Under the pieces are notes generated by a model. The model was not told where the DNA came from. It searched no databases and worked only from the letters and a program-made list of their open reading frames with translations. The translations under genes and the position numbers were made by a program. A stretch of 64,000 nucleotides of DNA, from the NCBI RefSeq assembly GCF_009914755.1, contig NC_060928.1. One strand, written 5' to 3'. This document shows, one piece after another, positions 1 to 15,632 of this stretch. Each line of letters starts with the position of its first letter. The first letter of the stretch is position 1. This stretch comes from the human T2T-CHM13v2.0 reference genome, Homo sapiens.

Positions 1-944
1 GAGAAGGTTGACAGCTTCAGGCCTTGTTGTTGCAGCCAAAAAGCTACTCTCATGAAGATCTTAGATGAGTATATTAAGTACTTCCACTAGCTCAGCTGGT
101 GAAGTTACTTTAGCTCACTTGGCATGAGCACTGGCCTGAGAATAGTAAATCAGCTCTTAAAAGTATCTTCTTGTCATCTGAATTGTAAATGTTCAGTGAG
201 CTAATCCACATCTTCTTTTATAAATAGAACTGACCCTCTAGCACTGTAGTACCATCAGGCAACTTTTTTCCCTCATTTTGTTAACTTTTCCTTTGCTTAA
301 CCCTATTTGCCCTTCTATACACAGTAAGTGGCAATCTTAGAATAGCTCAAGATAAAATATCATAAAAGAGGATCACAGGTGAACAATACAGTACATCAGT
401 GTGCTGGACTTTTATGTAGTAAAAGGCTGTCAGGAGTTAAACTTCTTTAAATTGTTTGTTGCAGAGGAGTAGAAGAGTATCCACTTCAGAAAACTCAGAG
501 CAAAGGAAACATTCAGTTAGACAACCCAACAAAGTGCTACTGCTTTTAAGTAACATACATGATCAGAGTTTTCCCAAATTATCTGAAATAGTTCATGAAC
601 CTCTATTTTAGATGGTTTAAGGAAACAATAGAAGTTCATCATTTTTAATATACCATAATTCGACATTGAGAATAAACTGTTTCACTAGATTGTAATGATT
701 TAGTCCTGCTTTAGGCCGGACATAACAGTATGTTTACACATTTTCTTTATCTAATGATACATAAAATACTCTTTTAAACACAATCATAAACATCAACAAA
801 GACATCTGAAGACTCTGAAGTCTTGCTTTTAACATAGACAAATAATTGCCCGAGGCACAAAACTTCAAGTTTTCCAGCAAATAAAGCATGCAATTAACAA
901 AGGAGCTAATTGAATTTTTTCTTACTTGATATACTTGACAGAAT

Positions 945-1052
945 GGGCTGTGCTTTATTGACTTTTACATACCCAGTTCCTTGAACATAGGACAGCATAA
1001 ATAGTAGATGGTTAATAATTCATTGCTAAATACAGAAATGAAGAATAAATGA
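945..1052 (+). mobile_element. L2 LINE 3' end fragment
   Basis: Resembles the L2 tail (ccagttccttgaacatagg...aatagtagatggttaataatt...aatgaagaataaatga); heavily diverged. Confidence 0.55.
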
Positions 1053-2005
1053 CACTTAATTGCAGCAACACAGTCTTACCATTTCTGAACTTCATTGGAA
1101 AGTAAAATTGGCAAAATCAAATTTGGATGGTGCAGTGACAGTTTATCTGTCCTTACAAGGATGCCCTTATAAGTGAATTTAATTGCTTGTTTTATCTAAT
1201 TAGAAAACCTCTAAATATCCCAAAGATTATTAAGTTTCCCTCATTCATCACATTTTAATATTATCCAAGTGTTATAAATTACATGGCATAGGCATTTTAC
1301 TAACATAGTTCTGTTTAGGATAAGTAATATTTTCTCATTAAAACCTTTTTGTGATTTTTCCCCAAAACTATAAATCCTATTATTCATATATAGATCTTGT
1401 TATCTGGCTTAATTTAAAATTAATATGCTCATGATATTTTCTCTCTATAGGAAAAGCAGAGCAAGTCACTTTCTACACTGATGCAGGTTTATAAATGGAT
1501 AAATCTAATCCCTTAAAGCATACAATTACATATAGTAACACCCAAAGAAAGCAAGCTGGCCTTTAAGCTAGGTTTTAGTTCTGTGTTTCCAAACCCAGTT
1601 TCACAAAGGTTTTCATTATTGCTTATTTTAAATATCATTTGCCAAGCTCAACTGCCCTCAGGAACACCTTGCCCTGTAGATGCACAAATGATATGATTAG
1701 GATACTAATAAGAAACAGTGGTTAGAAAGCAAAAAGAGCCACTTGGGCTAGCTCTGAAAGCACCAATCCCTTCAAATAACCAAGATACCATTTATATGTT
1801 CTAAGATATTTGTGATGGAAAAGTAAACAAACAAGAAATTTCTATAGATTATAACAAGACATGTTTTAAAACTATTTGGTTTGAGATTCAGATCTGCTGG
1901 ATTGCTTCATTACTCAAATTTCACTCTCCAAAATTATTTCTTATTATATTGGCTTACAATGACCCTAAAAGAGAAATTAAAATGCAGAAAAGCATTCAGG
2001 GAAAT

Positions 2006-2394
2006 TTATGGTTTGCATATCTTTTCCAAAACTCAGGTTGAAATCAACTGCTACTGTAACAGTATTAAGAGGCAGGGCCTTTAAGAGGTGATTAGTTCAT
2101 GAGAGCTCCACCCTATTGAACGGATTAATGCCATTAACACAAGAGTGGGCTAGTTACTGTGGGAGTGGGCTCCTGATAAAAGGATAACTTTGGCCCTCAT
2201 TTCCTCTCTGTGTCTAGTGTGTTCACATGGCCGTCTGCCATGTTAGAACATAGCAGGAAAAGCCCTCACTAGGTGATAACACCATAAGCTTAGATTTCCC
2301 AGCCTCAAGAATTGTGAGACAAATAAACTCTTTTTCTTTATAAATTACCCAGCCTGTGGCATTCTGCTATAGCAGCGATATAAAAACTGAATCA
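2006..2394 (+). mobile_element. MaLR solo LTR (MSTC/MSTD-like)
   Basis: tatggtttg start, gcctttaagaggtgattag, ttcccagcctcaagaattgtgagacaaataaa, tttataaattacccagcctgtggcattctgctatagcagc end. Confidence 0.8.
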
Positions 2395-2752
2395 AATGCA
2401 ATGGAATGATATGTATGAAAAAGTCATGTGCTTATTAAAATCAAGGCTACAGTTTAGATCTCATCTATCCTGTTATTTGAGTAAACATTATAATTAACAA
2501 CAAAAGATCACGATTAAAAGGCCACCTGAGAATTTTATTAACTCTACAGTCCCCACCAATTTAATTTTCATTTTTTAATATCAGCAATATATAGTTTATC
2601 TAAACATGTGCATATTTTTTTGTTAATGGAAGCAGATTATGTGCTTGTTTATAGTTTGAATGTTCTCATCAGAAAGATCCAGCTTAAATCTAGGGCACTA
2701 TCATTTCACTTTGTTCAACTGCTAAATATTTGGGATCAATTACTCACCTATA

Positions 2753-2809
2753 AATAGAGGGAACAGTGCTTAATAGAGGGAATACTCATCAATAGCGGGA
2801 ATAGTGCTC
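2753..2809. repeat. Three imperfect 19-bp tandem units
   Basis: aatagagggaacagtgctt / aatagagggaatactcatc / aatagcgggaatagtgctc. Confidence 0.7.
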
Positions 2810-3564
2810 AGAAGCAATTGCTCAGTAAAAGACATTTTACTGAGCATTTGTATAATATTTTATATTGATAATAAATAACATTAAAATTAATAACAGTAAT
2901 CATAGTAAAATTATGATTATTTTGTGTAAAGACCTGTAATTTGGATTTGAAAAAGAAAATCACTACTAATGCTAAGGTGTACTGCATTAATCATTTAGGA
3001 AGCTATGGCTGACAATATTACAAAAAAAATCATGGTGTTAAATTTGTATATACTAACAAATTCATCTTACCACCAATCCACAATAACATACAGAACTTTA
3101 GAACACAAATCATTTGCTATATTTTGTCAGTATACAAACAAAGAGGTATATCGCACCATTCTATGGGAACAGTCTTTCACCAAGTGTCACTATTTACTTT
3201 TTTGTTTCTTTGCCGGAGGTGGGGAAGGATGGATTTCATGGTAAATTGATTTTTGAAAGCCAAAATTAGCACTATGTTTCCACTTAAAATTTCACCATGC
3301 ATATTACTAAATGACAGAGTTGAGGAAGGCTTGCAATTGAAAAAGTTGTTTTCTCATGTTCCTTGAGTGGTATATCTACAGAAAATCTGTTTTATAGACA
3401 TGAAAGAAGCAGAAACAAAAGATTAAGAATAGTAGAAGCAAACGCTTTCTTAGAATTAACTTACATGTAATGAAGCTAAATTTATTTCAGAAAAAAATAA
3501 GCTTATTGGATGGAGTCTCAATTTTCATGTGTACATTACAATGAACATTGGCCCACATGGATAA

Positions 3565-5860
<2,296 letters not shown>

Positions 5861-6214
5861 CATAATGAAGCATGTCTTCAAATCATGAAGAACCAAAGAT
5901 AGTGAAAAAAAAAGGGGGGGTAGTCTTCAAATACATCAGCCTGTATGTCATACATCCAATTTTAAAAGGCCTTATAAATTGGCAGCTGCTGCCAAAGTAC
6001 TGTATATAGTAGTCCTTATGTTTTTCACATGGTATACAGTTTCATTTGTAACATAAGAGAAATATCATATATTGAGACTATGATTATATTTGAACATGAA
6101 ACACACTTAATTAGAAAGAGAAGAAATCTATCAGGGAAGAATCACAACTTGAGATTGCAGCAAAGAGTGATAAGATGACTAAGAAAAGAAAGCAGGTAGG
6201 TTTTCCAGAACTCA

Positions 6215-6550
6215 GTAGTGCTGAAACTCAAGGAATCCAGCAAAATAGTTTATTACTCACCACAGAGCAAACAGCAGGAGTTTCAGCATGGTAATGCAGG
6301 ATTTCCTATGGTAGAGCCCCATGGGGAGACAAGATGGGCCCTGACGGAGAGTGTAGTGTGGTGGGTGGTACCATTACAGAGAAGTCCAGTTCAAGAGCTC
6401 AACACTTCTTGTAGCAAGCAAAGAATAAGCCATCCCCATCCCCTGGGGAGCAAGGAGTTGCATAGTAGTCACATGGTTTTCTTGACCTACTTAAGTGTTG
6501 ATGTGACTAGCACTGCTTATTACCAGGATATATTGGACCTTGCTATTTGA
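6215..6550 (-). mobile_element. Possible old ERVL-class LTR fragment
   Basis: GC-richer island containing tttattactcac, read as a minus-strand poly-A signal region as in old LTRs; family not identified. Confidence 0.3.
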
Positions 6551-7199
6551 AATATTCAGCAAGGAATATTCACTCAGGAACCACGGGAGACTACTTTCCA
6601 CAAAAAAACAACAAAACAACAACCACAACAATCACCAATATCTGAAAGAAAATAATATAAAGAAATTAGATTTTGTAACATACCTACAACATTTTTTAAA
6701 ATGCTCCTTATGATAGTTGCTACTCATATAAGATTAACTGAGAGCCAACAATTTTAACTCCTTTTACACCCATCAAAGTAGCATGCTCTTACTAATTTAA
6801 TTTTTCTCTCTTTGGATTTTAGGGAGATGATCTACATGTTTAAGCATAACTTAATTTGCATAATAAATTACAAAATATAAACATTCTCTAAAATCCCTTA
6901 ATTAACATTTTTATAACTTGATGCATCACTATAAAAATAGTGTAAAAGGAATTTATATCTGGGCCTCAATTCAGGTAACTTTAGCTGAAAGTTTGGTTGT
7001 GGTCCAATTATTTCCCACACATTATGGCAAATCAAGCTATGGTAAGTTGAAGTTTTGTTATCTGGCAAAGTGCTATATATTTTGTATTATGGCAAGTATG
7101 AAACATAAAAATACTGGTAGTTATATAAAAAAAATCAAATAAAACGATCTTTGCAATCATTTAAACATAGAAAAACAAAATTTGAGAGCTATATTATGA

Positions 7200-7592
7200 A
7201 GTGTTCCTTTAGTATTTATGGTCTGGTAAAGGAGACACACATTTTCATGCATTTATGTTAAAGTGCAAATGCCAAAACCAATATGTATACAGTGCTAAGA
7301 GACCACAGAGAAGATGACTTAAAATATAGTCTGTGATTGTGATGAAGGTAGCAATGAATCATGCCCAGATATAGTGTTGTATTAGCACCTTATCAGAGGA
7401 AACATTAACTGAATAAACAAGGGAAAGAAAGTTCAAAATGAAGGTACAATCTTAAAAACAGCAATGTAGCATAGAATAGTGGTAAAGTTGGAAACTTTGG
7501 TTGGAGCACCAAGCAAAGTCCATATCATAAAAGGCCTAGAAGATCATCTGGATCTGGCTTTAAAATTTCATCCATAAAGTCATGAAGAATCA
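7200..7592 (-). mobile_element. L2 fragment (left part of an L2 split by L1)
   Basis: Purine-rich antisense-L2-like sequence: atcataaaaggcctagaagatcat...tttcatccataaagtcatgaagaatcac. Confidence 0.55.
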
Positions 7593-7596
7593 CAAA

Positions 7597-10500
7597 AAGA
7601 AGATGGCCAACTAAATGCAGCCAAGAAGTGCCACTCCCATGGAAATAGACTAGAATTTCAACTAAACCAACATAATTTAAACAGATCTATGGCGAAGAAA
7701 TGTGGATGGATAAAAAGACATAGATGCTAAAGCCGAAGAAGAAGGAAGCTGGGAACCCTGTGTGGGGTGCCTGAACGCTAAGACTGTTTTCTGCTCCTGA
7801 ACAGCTCCTGGGGTTGCAGTGAGTGAAGGGACTGGGAAACTTTCCACTCTTGCCATGGACCTTTGGGATCCTAGCTGTACTATTAATACAAACTCAAGGG
7901 TCCAGAAGAGGGAGCCAGGAGCAGGTTCTGGTGCTCCAGGGCTGTGACCCACAGCTCAGGAGAGCTGAGCTGGACTCTGAGCCCAATATCCAGGTATAGG
8001 AGGGACCCATACTCTCAGAATACTGAGAGTGATGAGTTGCACAGATTCTCAGGCTGGTGTGGGACCTAGGCATGCCTCCCTCAACAGGGCTGATCCAGTA
8101 AGAGTGTGGCTTATTTCCCTACCAGACCTCTGCCTGAGGGACGCTCATGGCCTCAAACACCTAACAAAAAATAATAATAGAGTACCGGAGTTCAGAGTTG
8201 CCTCCCACAAGGCTCAGGAGTGGACCTGGTCGGGGTGGGGTACAGGTGAGTGTCACCTCTCTACCCCTCTCACCACAAAGCACAGCTGCAAATGCAAAGT
8301 TACACAAAGGAGCAACTATCTACCATTCCATTGCTTTCAAGCACCATCAATTGAATTGCAGCCCAAACTACAATACCAAAACCACTTTGCTAATTCTCTC
8401 CCATTTGAAACCCGGGGCAAGAATCCAACAACAAAGACACTGTACGGAGTCTGTCTTCTTAAGACTTCCAGAAATGAAGCCAACTGAGTATATTCAATTT
8501 ATACCACATTTAAAGGAACACCAACCCTACCAGGTAAAAGAGAATCAAAACAAGAATCCAGAAAATTTAAAAAGCCAGAGGGTCTCCTTATCTCTAAATG
8601 AGCTCCCCAGCTCCCCAGCAATTATTAGTCAATCTGAAATGTACGACTTGGCAGGCATGGAATTCAGATTCTGGATATCAAGGAAGCTCATTGAGAGCAA
8701 GGAGGAAGTTGAAACTCAATCCAAGGAAGCCAAGCAATTCAATAAAAGAATTCAAGAGCTAAAAGATAAAATAGTTCTTTTAAGAAAAACCCAAACTGAA
8801 CTTACTGAGCTAAAAATTCACTGCAAGAATTTCATAATACAATCACAAGTATTTACAGCAGAATAGGCCAAGCTGAGGAAAGAATCTCAGAACTTGAAGA
8901 CCAGTACTACAAATCAACTCAGTCAGACAAAACTAATAATAATTTAAAAAAGAATTAAGTAAAATGAACAAAACCTCTGAAAAATATGGAATTGTATAAA
9001 GAGATAAAAATCTACAACTCATTGGCATCCCAAAGAGAGAAGGAGAGAGAATAAACAACTTGGAAAATATACTTGAGGATAAAGTCCTTGAAAATTTACT
9101 TACTCTCACTAGAGACAGAAATCTTACAAGCCAGAAAAGATTGGGGACCTACTTTCAATGTCCTTAAAGAGAAGAAATTCCAACCAAGAATTTCATATCT
9201 TCCCAAACTAAGCTTCATAAGTGAAGAGGAGATAAAATCATTATCAGACAAGCAAATGCTGAGGGAATATGTTTCAATTATACCAGCTTTATAATAGGTC
9301 CTTAAAGGAGTAACAAACACAGATACCAAAAAAACGACACCTGTTACCACAAAAACACACTTAAGCATATAGCCCACAGGCCGTGAAACCCGCACAGTCA
9401 AATTTACGTAACAATCAGCTAACAACAAAATGGCACGATCAAAATCACACAGATCAATACTAATCTTGAATGGAAATGGGATAAACACCCCAATTAAAAG
9501 ACACAGAATGTCAGGCTGGAGAAAAGACAAGACCCAACCATCTATTGTCTTCAAGACAATCATCTCAAATATAATGACACTCACAGGCTCAAAGTAAAAG
9601 GGTGGAGAAAGATTTTCCATGTAAATGGAAGACAAAAAAAGGCAGGAGTCAATATTCTTATATCAGATAAAACAAACTTAAAGCCAATAAAAATAAAGAT
9701 GGAAAAATGAACAATATTACAAAATAACAGGGGCAATCCAACAAGAAGCTTTTAATACACTAATTACATATGCACCCAACATTAGAGCACTCAGACCTAT
9801 AAAACAAATTTTTCTTGGCCTACAAAAAGACTTAGACAACCACACAATAATGGTGGTATACTTCAACACCCCACTGATAGAGTCAGATAGCTCATCAAGG
9901 CAGAAAACTCACAAAGAAATTATGGACTTAAACTTGACACTTGACCAACTGGACCTGATAGATATCTACAGAACACTCCACCCAACAACTACCAGATATA
10001 TATTTATCTGTACACGAAACATACACTAAAATCAACTACACAGTCATAAAACAAATCTCAGTAAGTTCAACCAATTGAAATCATGCCAAACATATTCTTG
10101 AACAACAGTGCAATAAAAACAGTAATCAATATCAATAAGATCTCTCAAAACTATACAAACACATGGAAATTAACAACTTGCTCCTAAATAACTCCTAAAT
10201 GAACATCTAAATTAAGGCAGAAATTTAAAAATTATTTGTAATTAATGAAAATGGTCATATAATTTACCAAAATGTCTGGGATGCATCCACAGTAGTGTTA
10301 AGAGTAATGTTTATAGACCTAAATGCCTTCATCGAGAAGTTAGAAAGATCTCAAGCTAACAACCTAACTTAGCACCTAAAGAACCTAAAAAAAAGAGAAC
10401 AAATCAACCTCAAAACTAACAAAAGAAATACTAAAATTAAATAATGTAATCGAGATGCTAAAATCCATATAAAAATCAATGAAACCAAGAGTTTGTTTTT

Positions 10501-13445
10501 CAGAAAAATAAGATTAATAAGCCACTAGCTAGATTAACAAACAAAAAGAAGATCCAAGTATGCACAATCAGAAATGACAAAGGTGATATTACAACTGATC
10601 CCACAGAAATACAAAAGATCCTTAGAGACTACTATGAACAACTCTATGCATACAAATTAGAAAATCTAGGGAAAATGAAAAAATTCTTGGAAGTACACAA
10701 TCCCCCAAGATTGATTCAGGAAGAGATTGAAACCCTGAATAGACCAATATGAACTTCTGAAATTGAATCAGAAATAAAGAACCGACCAACCAAAAAAGCC
10801 CTGGACCAAATGTATTCATAGCCTAATTCTACCAATATAAAAGGAAGAACTGATGATAATCCTACTGAAACTATTCCAGAAAAATTGAGGAAAAGAGGCT
10901 CCTCCCTAACTCATTCTATGAAGCCAAAATCAGTCTGATACCAAAATCTGGCAGAGACACAATGAAAAAAAGAAAACATCAGGCCAATTTCCCTAATGAA
11001 CATACACACAAATATTCTCAACAAAATATTAGCAAACTGAATCCAGCAGCATATCAAAAAGTTAATATGCCACAATCAAGTAGGATTTATTCCTGGGATG
11101 CAGAGCTTGTTCAACATACCCAAATCAATAAATTTGATTCACCACATAAACAGAATTAAAAGCAAAAACCATATAATCATCTCAATGGACATGGAAAAAC
11201 TTTTGGTAAGATCCCACATCCCTCCATGATAAAAACCCTCAATGGACTAGGCATGAAAGGAACATAACCCCAAAAATAATAAGAGCCATCTATAATAGAC
11301 CCATAGCCAACATCATATTCAATGGGTAAAAGCATGAACCATTCCCCTTGAGAACTGGAACAAGACAAGAATGCCCTTTCTCACCACTGGTATTCAGCAC
11401 AGTACTAGAAGTCCCAGCCAAAGCAATCAGACAAGAGAAAGAAATGAAAAGTGTCTAAGCAGGAAAAGAAAAACTCAACCTATCTCTCTTCACTGATATG
11501 ATTCCAGACCTACAAAATGCTAAACAATCTGCCCAAAGGCTCTTAGACCCTATAAACAACTTTACTAAAGGTTCAAGATATAAAATCAATGTACAAAAAG
11601 TAGTAGCATTTCTATACACTAATGTGGGTCCTGGCTGAGCGTAAAATGAAGAACATGATCCCACTAGCAACAGCCACAAAGAAAATGAAATTCCTAGAAA
11701 TACAGCTAATCAAGGAAGTAAAATATTTCTAAAAGGAAAACTATCAAATACTGCTGAAATAAATCAAAGACAATGCAAATAAATAGAAAAATATTACATG
11801 CTCATGGACTGGAAGAATCAATATTGTAAAAATGGCCACACCACCCAAAGCAATTTACAGATTCAATACTATTCCTATCAAACTATGAACTTTATTCTTC
11901 GCAGTATTAAAAAAAATCTATTCTAAAATTTATTTGGAACAAAAAAAAATCCTGACTAGCCAAAGCAATCCTAAGCAAAAAGAACAAAGCCAGTGATATC
12001 ACATTACCCAGCTTCAAACTATACTATAAAGCTACAGCAAACAAAACAGCATGATATGTTACAAAACAGACACACAGACCAATGGAACAGAATATAAACC
12101 TCAGAAATAGGGTCACACACCTAAAACTATCTGATCTCTGACAGGGCTGACAAAACCAAGAAAAGAGGAAAAGACTCCCTGTTGAATAAACGGTGCTAGA
12201 GTAGCTGGCTAGTTATATGTAGAAGATTGAAGCTGGACCTCTACCTTTCACCATGTACGAAAAATAACTCAAAATGGATTAGACATTCAAATGAAGAGTT
12301 CAAACTATAAAAATCCTAGAAGTAACCTAGGAAATACTCTTCTTGGCATCAGCGTTGGCAAAGAATTTTTGGCTAAGTCCCCAAAAGCAATTGAAAGATA
12401 AACAAAAATAGGTAAGTGGGACCTAATTAAACTAAAGCACTTATATACAACAAAATAAACTATCAACAAAGTAAACAGCCAACCTACAGAATGGGAGAAG
12501 ATATTCACAAACTAAGCATCTGACAAACGCTTAATAACCAGAATCTATAGGGAACTTAAACAAATCAACAAGCAAAATAATTAAAAAAAAACAATAAAAA
12601 ATAGGCAAAAGTCATTAACAGGCACTTCTCAGAAGACACACAGCCAAGAAACATATTTAAAAATGCTCATCATCCCTAATCATCAGAGAAATGAAAATCA
12701 CAATGAGATACTATCTCATACTAGTCAGAATGGCTATTATTAAAAAGTTAAAAAGAAAAAAAAAACAGATGTTAGAGAGGCTTCAGAGTAAAGAGAATGC
12801 TTATACATTGTTGCTTGGAATATAAATTAGCCTTGCCGCTGTGAAAAGCAGTCTGGAGATTTCTGAAAGAACTTAAAACAGAACTACCATTCAATCCAGC
12901 AATCTCATTTTTGCATATATACCCAACCGAAAATAAATCATTCTACCAAAAAGATGCATGTACTTCTATGTTTATCACTGCATCACTGTGCTGTTCACAA
13001 TAGCAAAGACATGGAATCAACGCAAGTGTCCACTGATAGTAGACTGGATAAAGAAATGGTAATCCATGTATACCATGGAATACTACACAGCCACAACAAA
13101 GAACAAAATCATGTATTTTGCAGCAACATGAATACAGTTGGAGGCCATCATCCTGAGTGAATTAACACAGGAACAGAAAAACAAATAATACATATTCTCA
13201 CTTGTAAGTGGGAGCTAAACATTGAGCACATATGGACATAAATATGGGAACAGTAGACACTGCAGACTACTGGAGAGGGGAGGGTGGGAGGAGGGGATAT
13301 GTGGAAAACTACCTATCAGGTAGTACACTCACTACTTGGATTACAGGATCTGTACCCCAAACCTCAGCATCACATAATATTCCCATGTAATAAACCTGCA
13401 CATGTGTCCTGTGTAACTAAAATACATGTTGGAATTTTTTAAAAA
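7597..13445 (+). mobile_element. Near full-length old primate L1 (L1PA15-17-like), inactive
   Basis: 5'UTR start aagatggccaactaaatgcagcc; ORF1 remnants (MEFRFWISRKLIE, KKFQPRISYLPKLSF); ORF2 from ~9430; 3' end cctcagcatcacataatattcccatgtaataaacctgcac; degenerate TSD aagaatcacaaaaa/aaaaaccacacaaa. Confidence 0.93.
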
Positions 13446-13454
13446 CCACACAAA

Positions 13455-13812
13455 ATATTCAGAGGAGCAACATCTCATAACGCATTATTTTGAAATAACC
13501 CTTTTTTATTTGGTGTGAAAAGAAACTTAAGGGACATTTTAAATAAGTCAATTTAGGAAGGCAATAGAAGTAATTACTCATATGATAAACGATATGATGG
13601 CTAGAACTTAGATTGTAGCAACAGATGAACATATAGTGAAACAAATTTAAAAGATAGTGAAGAGGTAGCATCATAACATTTTTGGTGGTCAATTAATTGT
13701 GCTTAGTGAGGAATAAACAGAAGTTACAAATGATTGCCATCTTCAATACACGGTGATCAAAGGTATTATCAACAAGATGGGCAATTTAGAAAAAAATGAT
13801 CTGCTTGAAGAT
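13455..13812 (-). mobile_element. L2 fragment (continuation after the L1)
   Basis: aggaaggcaatagaagtaatt...gatgatggctagaacttagattgtagc pattern typical of antisense L2. Confidence 0.55.
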
Positions 13813-13814
13813 AT

Positions 13815-14263
13815 TGTGGTAGATTGAATTAATACTCCCAGCTGTTCACTCTTTATCTCTGTAATGGAATTTGCAGTCTTATGCATTGTTATGTCATTAT
13901 CCTAGAGGAGCAATATAAGACCAATTTTATTGACTTTGGGCATAGCCAAATGACAAGTTTTGGCCTAGGAAATGTGAGCAGACATCATGTGTATTATAAC
14001 TTCATCCAGGAGAAAGTTTTAAATGTGACCCTACAATATGGCTTGGGCTGTTGCATTTGTACACTTTTCCATGAGAATACCATGTCCAAGATATCATTTG
14101 TTTTTCAGCCTGTATCCAAGAATTACAAGACATGTGGAGACCAGACAAGCTTAGCAGGGATACAATCGATGTACAGCCCTCATGCAATGTAAGCAAGAAA
14201 CGATGGTAGTTTCAATCAAATGTCAAAATGAAATAATTTGTTATCACAACACAACCTAACATA
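13815..14263 (+). mobile_element. MaLR solo LTR (MLT1I/J-like)
   Basis: tgtggtagattg start, ttgactttgggcatagccaaatgacaagttttggcc, ccatgagaataccatgtcc, tttgttatcacaac end. Confidence 0.7.
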
Positions 14264-14785
14264 AGAAAATAGTATTTGGTTCAATTTCATAGTCTGAGTT
14301 ATTTACTGTGAAATCCATGAAGACACATCTGATAGTAAATTGTGACAGTACGGAGGTACAGAAACAACAAAGTAAGAAGGAGAAGATGAAGATAGATTAA
14401 AAAGAGAAAAATATACCTTCCAAACTCTCTTGGCATTAGTAAAAATTATTAAATTACCTCCTTTTTCTTGGCGTCAAGAAATCATGTCTAGCCCTTATAT
14501 CCAAAGATGAGAGTTGCATAGCACAGCTCATAGTTTAGGTTCCCAAAATAAGAAACCCTTATGGCTCAAAAAAAGCAAGAGCAAAGATGTACGTAAGCCT
14601 GTGTTCAGTGAATTAGCATTGTACAATGATGACTTTTGGAAATCCCGTTTTATATTATTATACCTGCGTCTAGAATTATTAGCACCTTTAGACTATTTTT
14701 TAACTTTGAAGAGTTATCTAATAGTGCCATCAGAAAAATAGTTGAATCGGTTTTGTTAATGACATAAAGTATTAAGATGTTCAAT

Positions 14786-15093
14786 TTCCTTTCTTTTTTC
14801 TTTTTTTTCTTTCTGAGACCAGGTCTTGCTCTGTCATCCAGGCTCGTATGCAGAGGTGTGATCCGTGGCTCACTGCAGCCTCAACCTCCTGGGCTCAAGC
14901 ACTCCTCCAGCCTTAGCCTCCTGAGTAGCTAGAACTTCGGACACGCACCACCATGTCCAACAATTTTTAAATTTTTTGTAGAAACGGTCTCACTATGTTG
15001 CCCAGGCTGGTCTAAACTCCTGGCCTCATGCAATCCTTTCACCTTGGCCTCCCAAAGTGGTGGGATTACAGGCATGAGCTACCATGCCTGGGC
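14786..15093 (-). mobile_element. Alu SINE (AluJ)
   Basis: cctcaacctcctgggctcaagc and ttttttgtagaaacggtctcactatgttgcccagg (J-type); degenerate TSD aagatgttcaatttc/ataatgtttaatttc. Confidence 0.95.
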
Positions 15094-15544
15094 ATAATGT
15101 TTAATTTCTAAGATATTTTGACTTTGCTTTTATTTCAATTCATTGCAGTTTTAAGCATTAGGTGGATATTTTCTTGTGTTAGTTCACACAATTAAACTGT
15201 TCTAATGTCTCATTATTAAGCAGGTTAAGCTCTTATTTTATCAGTAATGTGGATTAGTTTTATATTTTTCCAACTCTTTGACCCTCTAGGATTAATGCAG
15301 CTATAAGAAAATGAACCATTTATAAAATGATAATCTTTCCAAGTTATAGTTCATATGTGTTCCTAGGTTATTTGTAAAAATTATTTCTTCCTATTGTAAA
15401 TATTCTTATTAATAGGAAATTTCTAGGTTTTACATGTCCCATCTTTGTTATAAAGTCACAAGTATGTCTTAACATGTGGTATCTATAGCCAAGAAATCAA
15501 AATATAAAAAGAACTCAAGGGTTTGTTATTCGTTAACACTTACA

Positions 15545-15632
15545 AGAAAGAACAATGTCTTGATTTCTGTATCTCTAGCATCTACACAGTACATAGCGCA
15601 TAATAAGCACTAAATAAAAGATGAAAGAATGC
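15545..15632 (+). mobile_element. L2 3' end fragment
   Basis: tctgtatctctagcatctacacagtacatagcgcataataagcactaaataaa...gaatg. Confidence 0.6.

Noticed and set aside
8198-8866. Longest ORF (222 aa) as a gene
   Set aside because: It is L1 5'UTR plus a frameshifted ORF1 remnant
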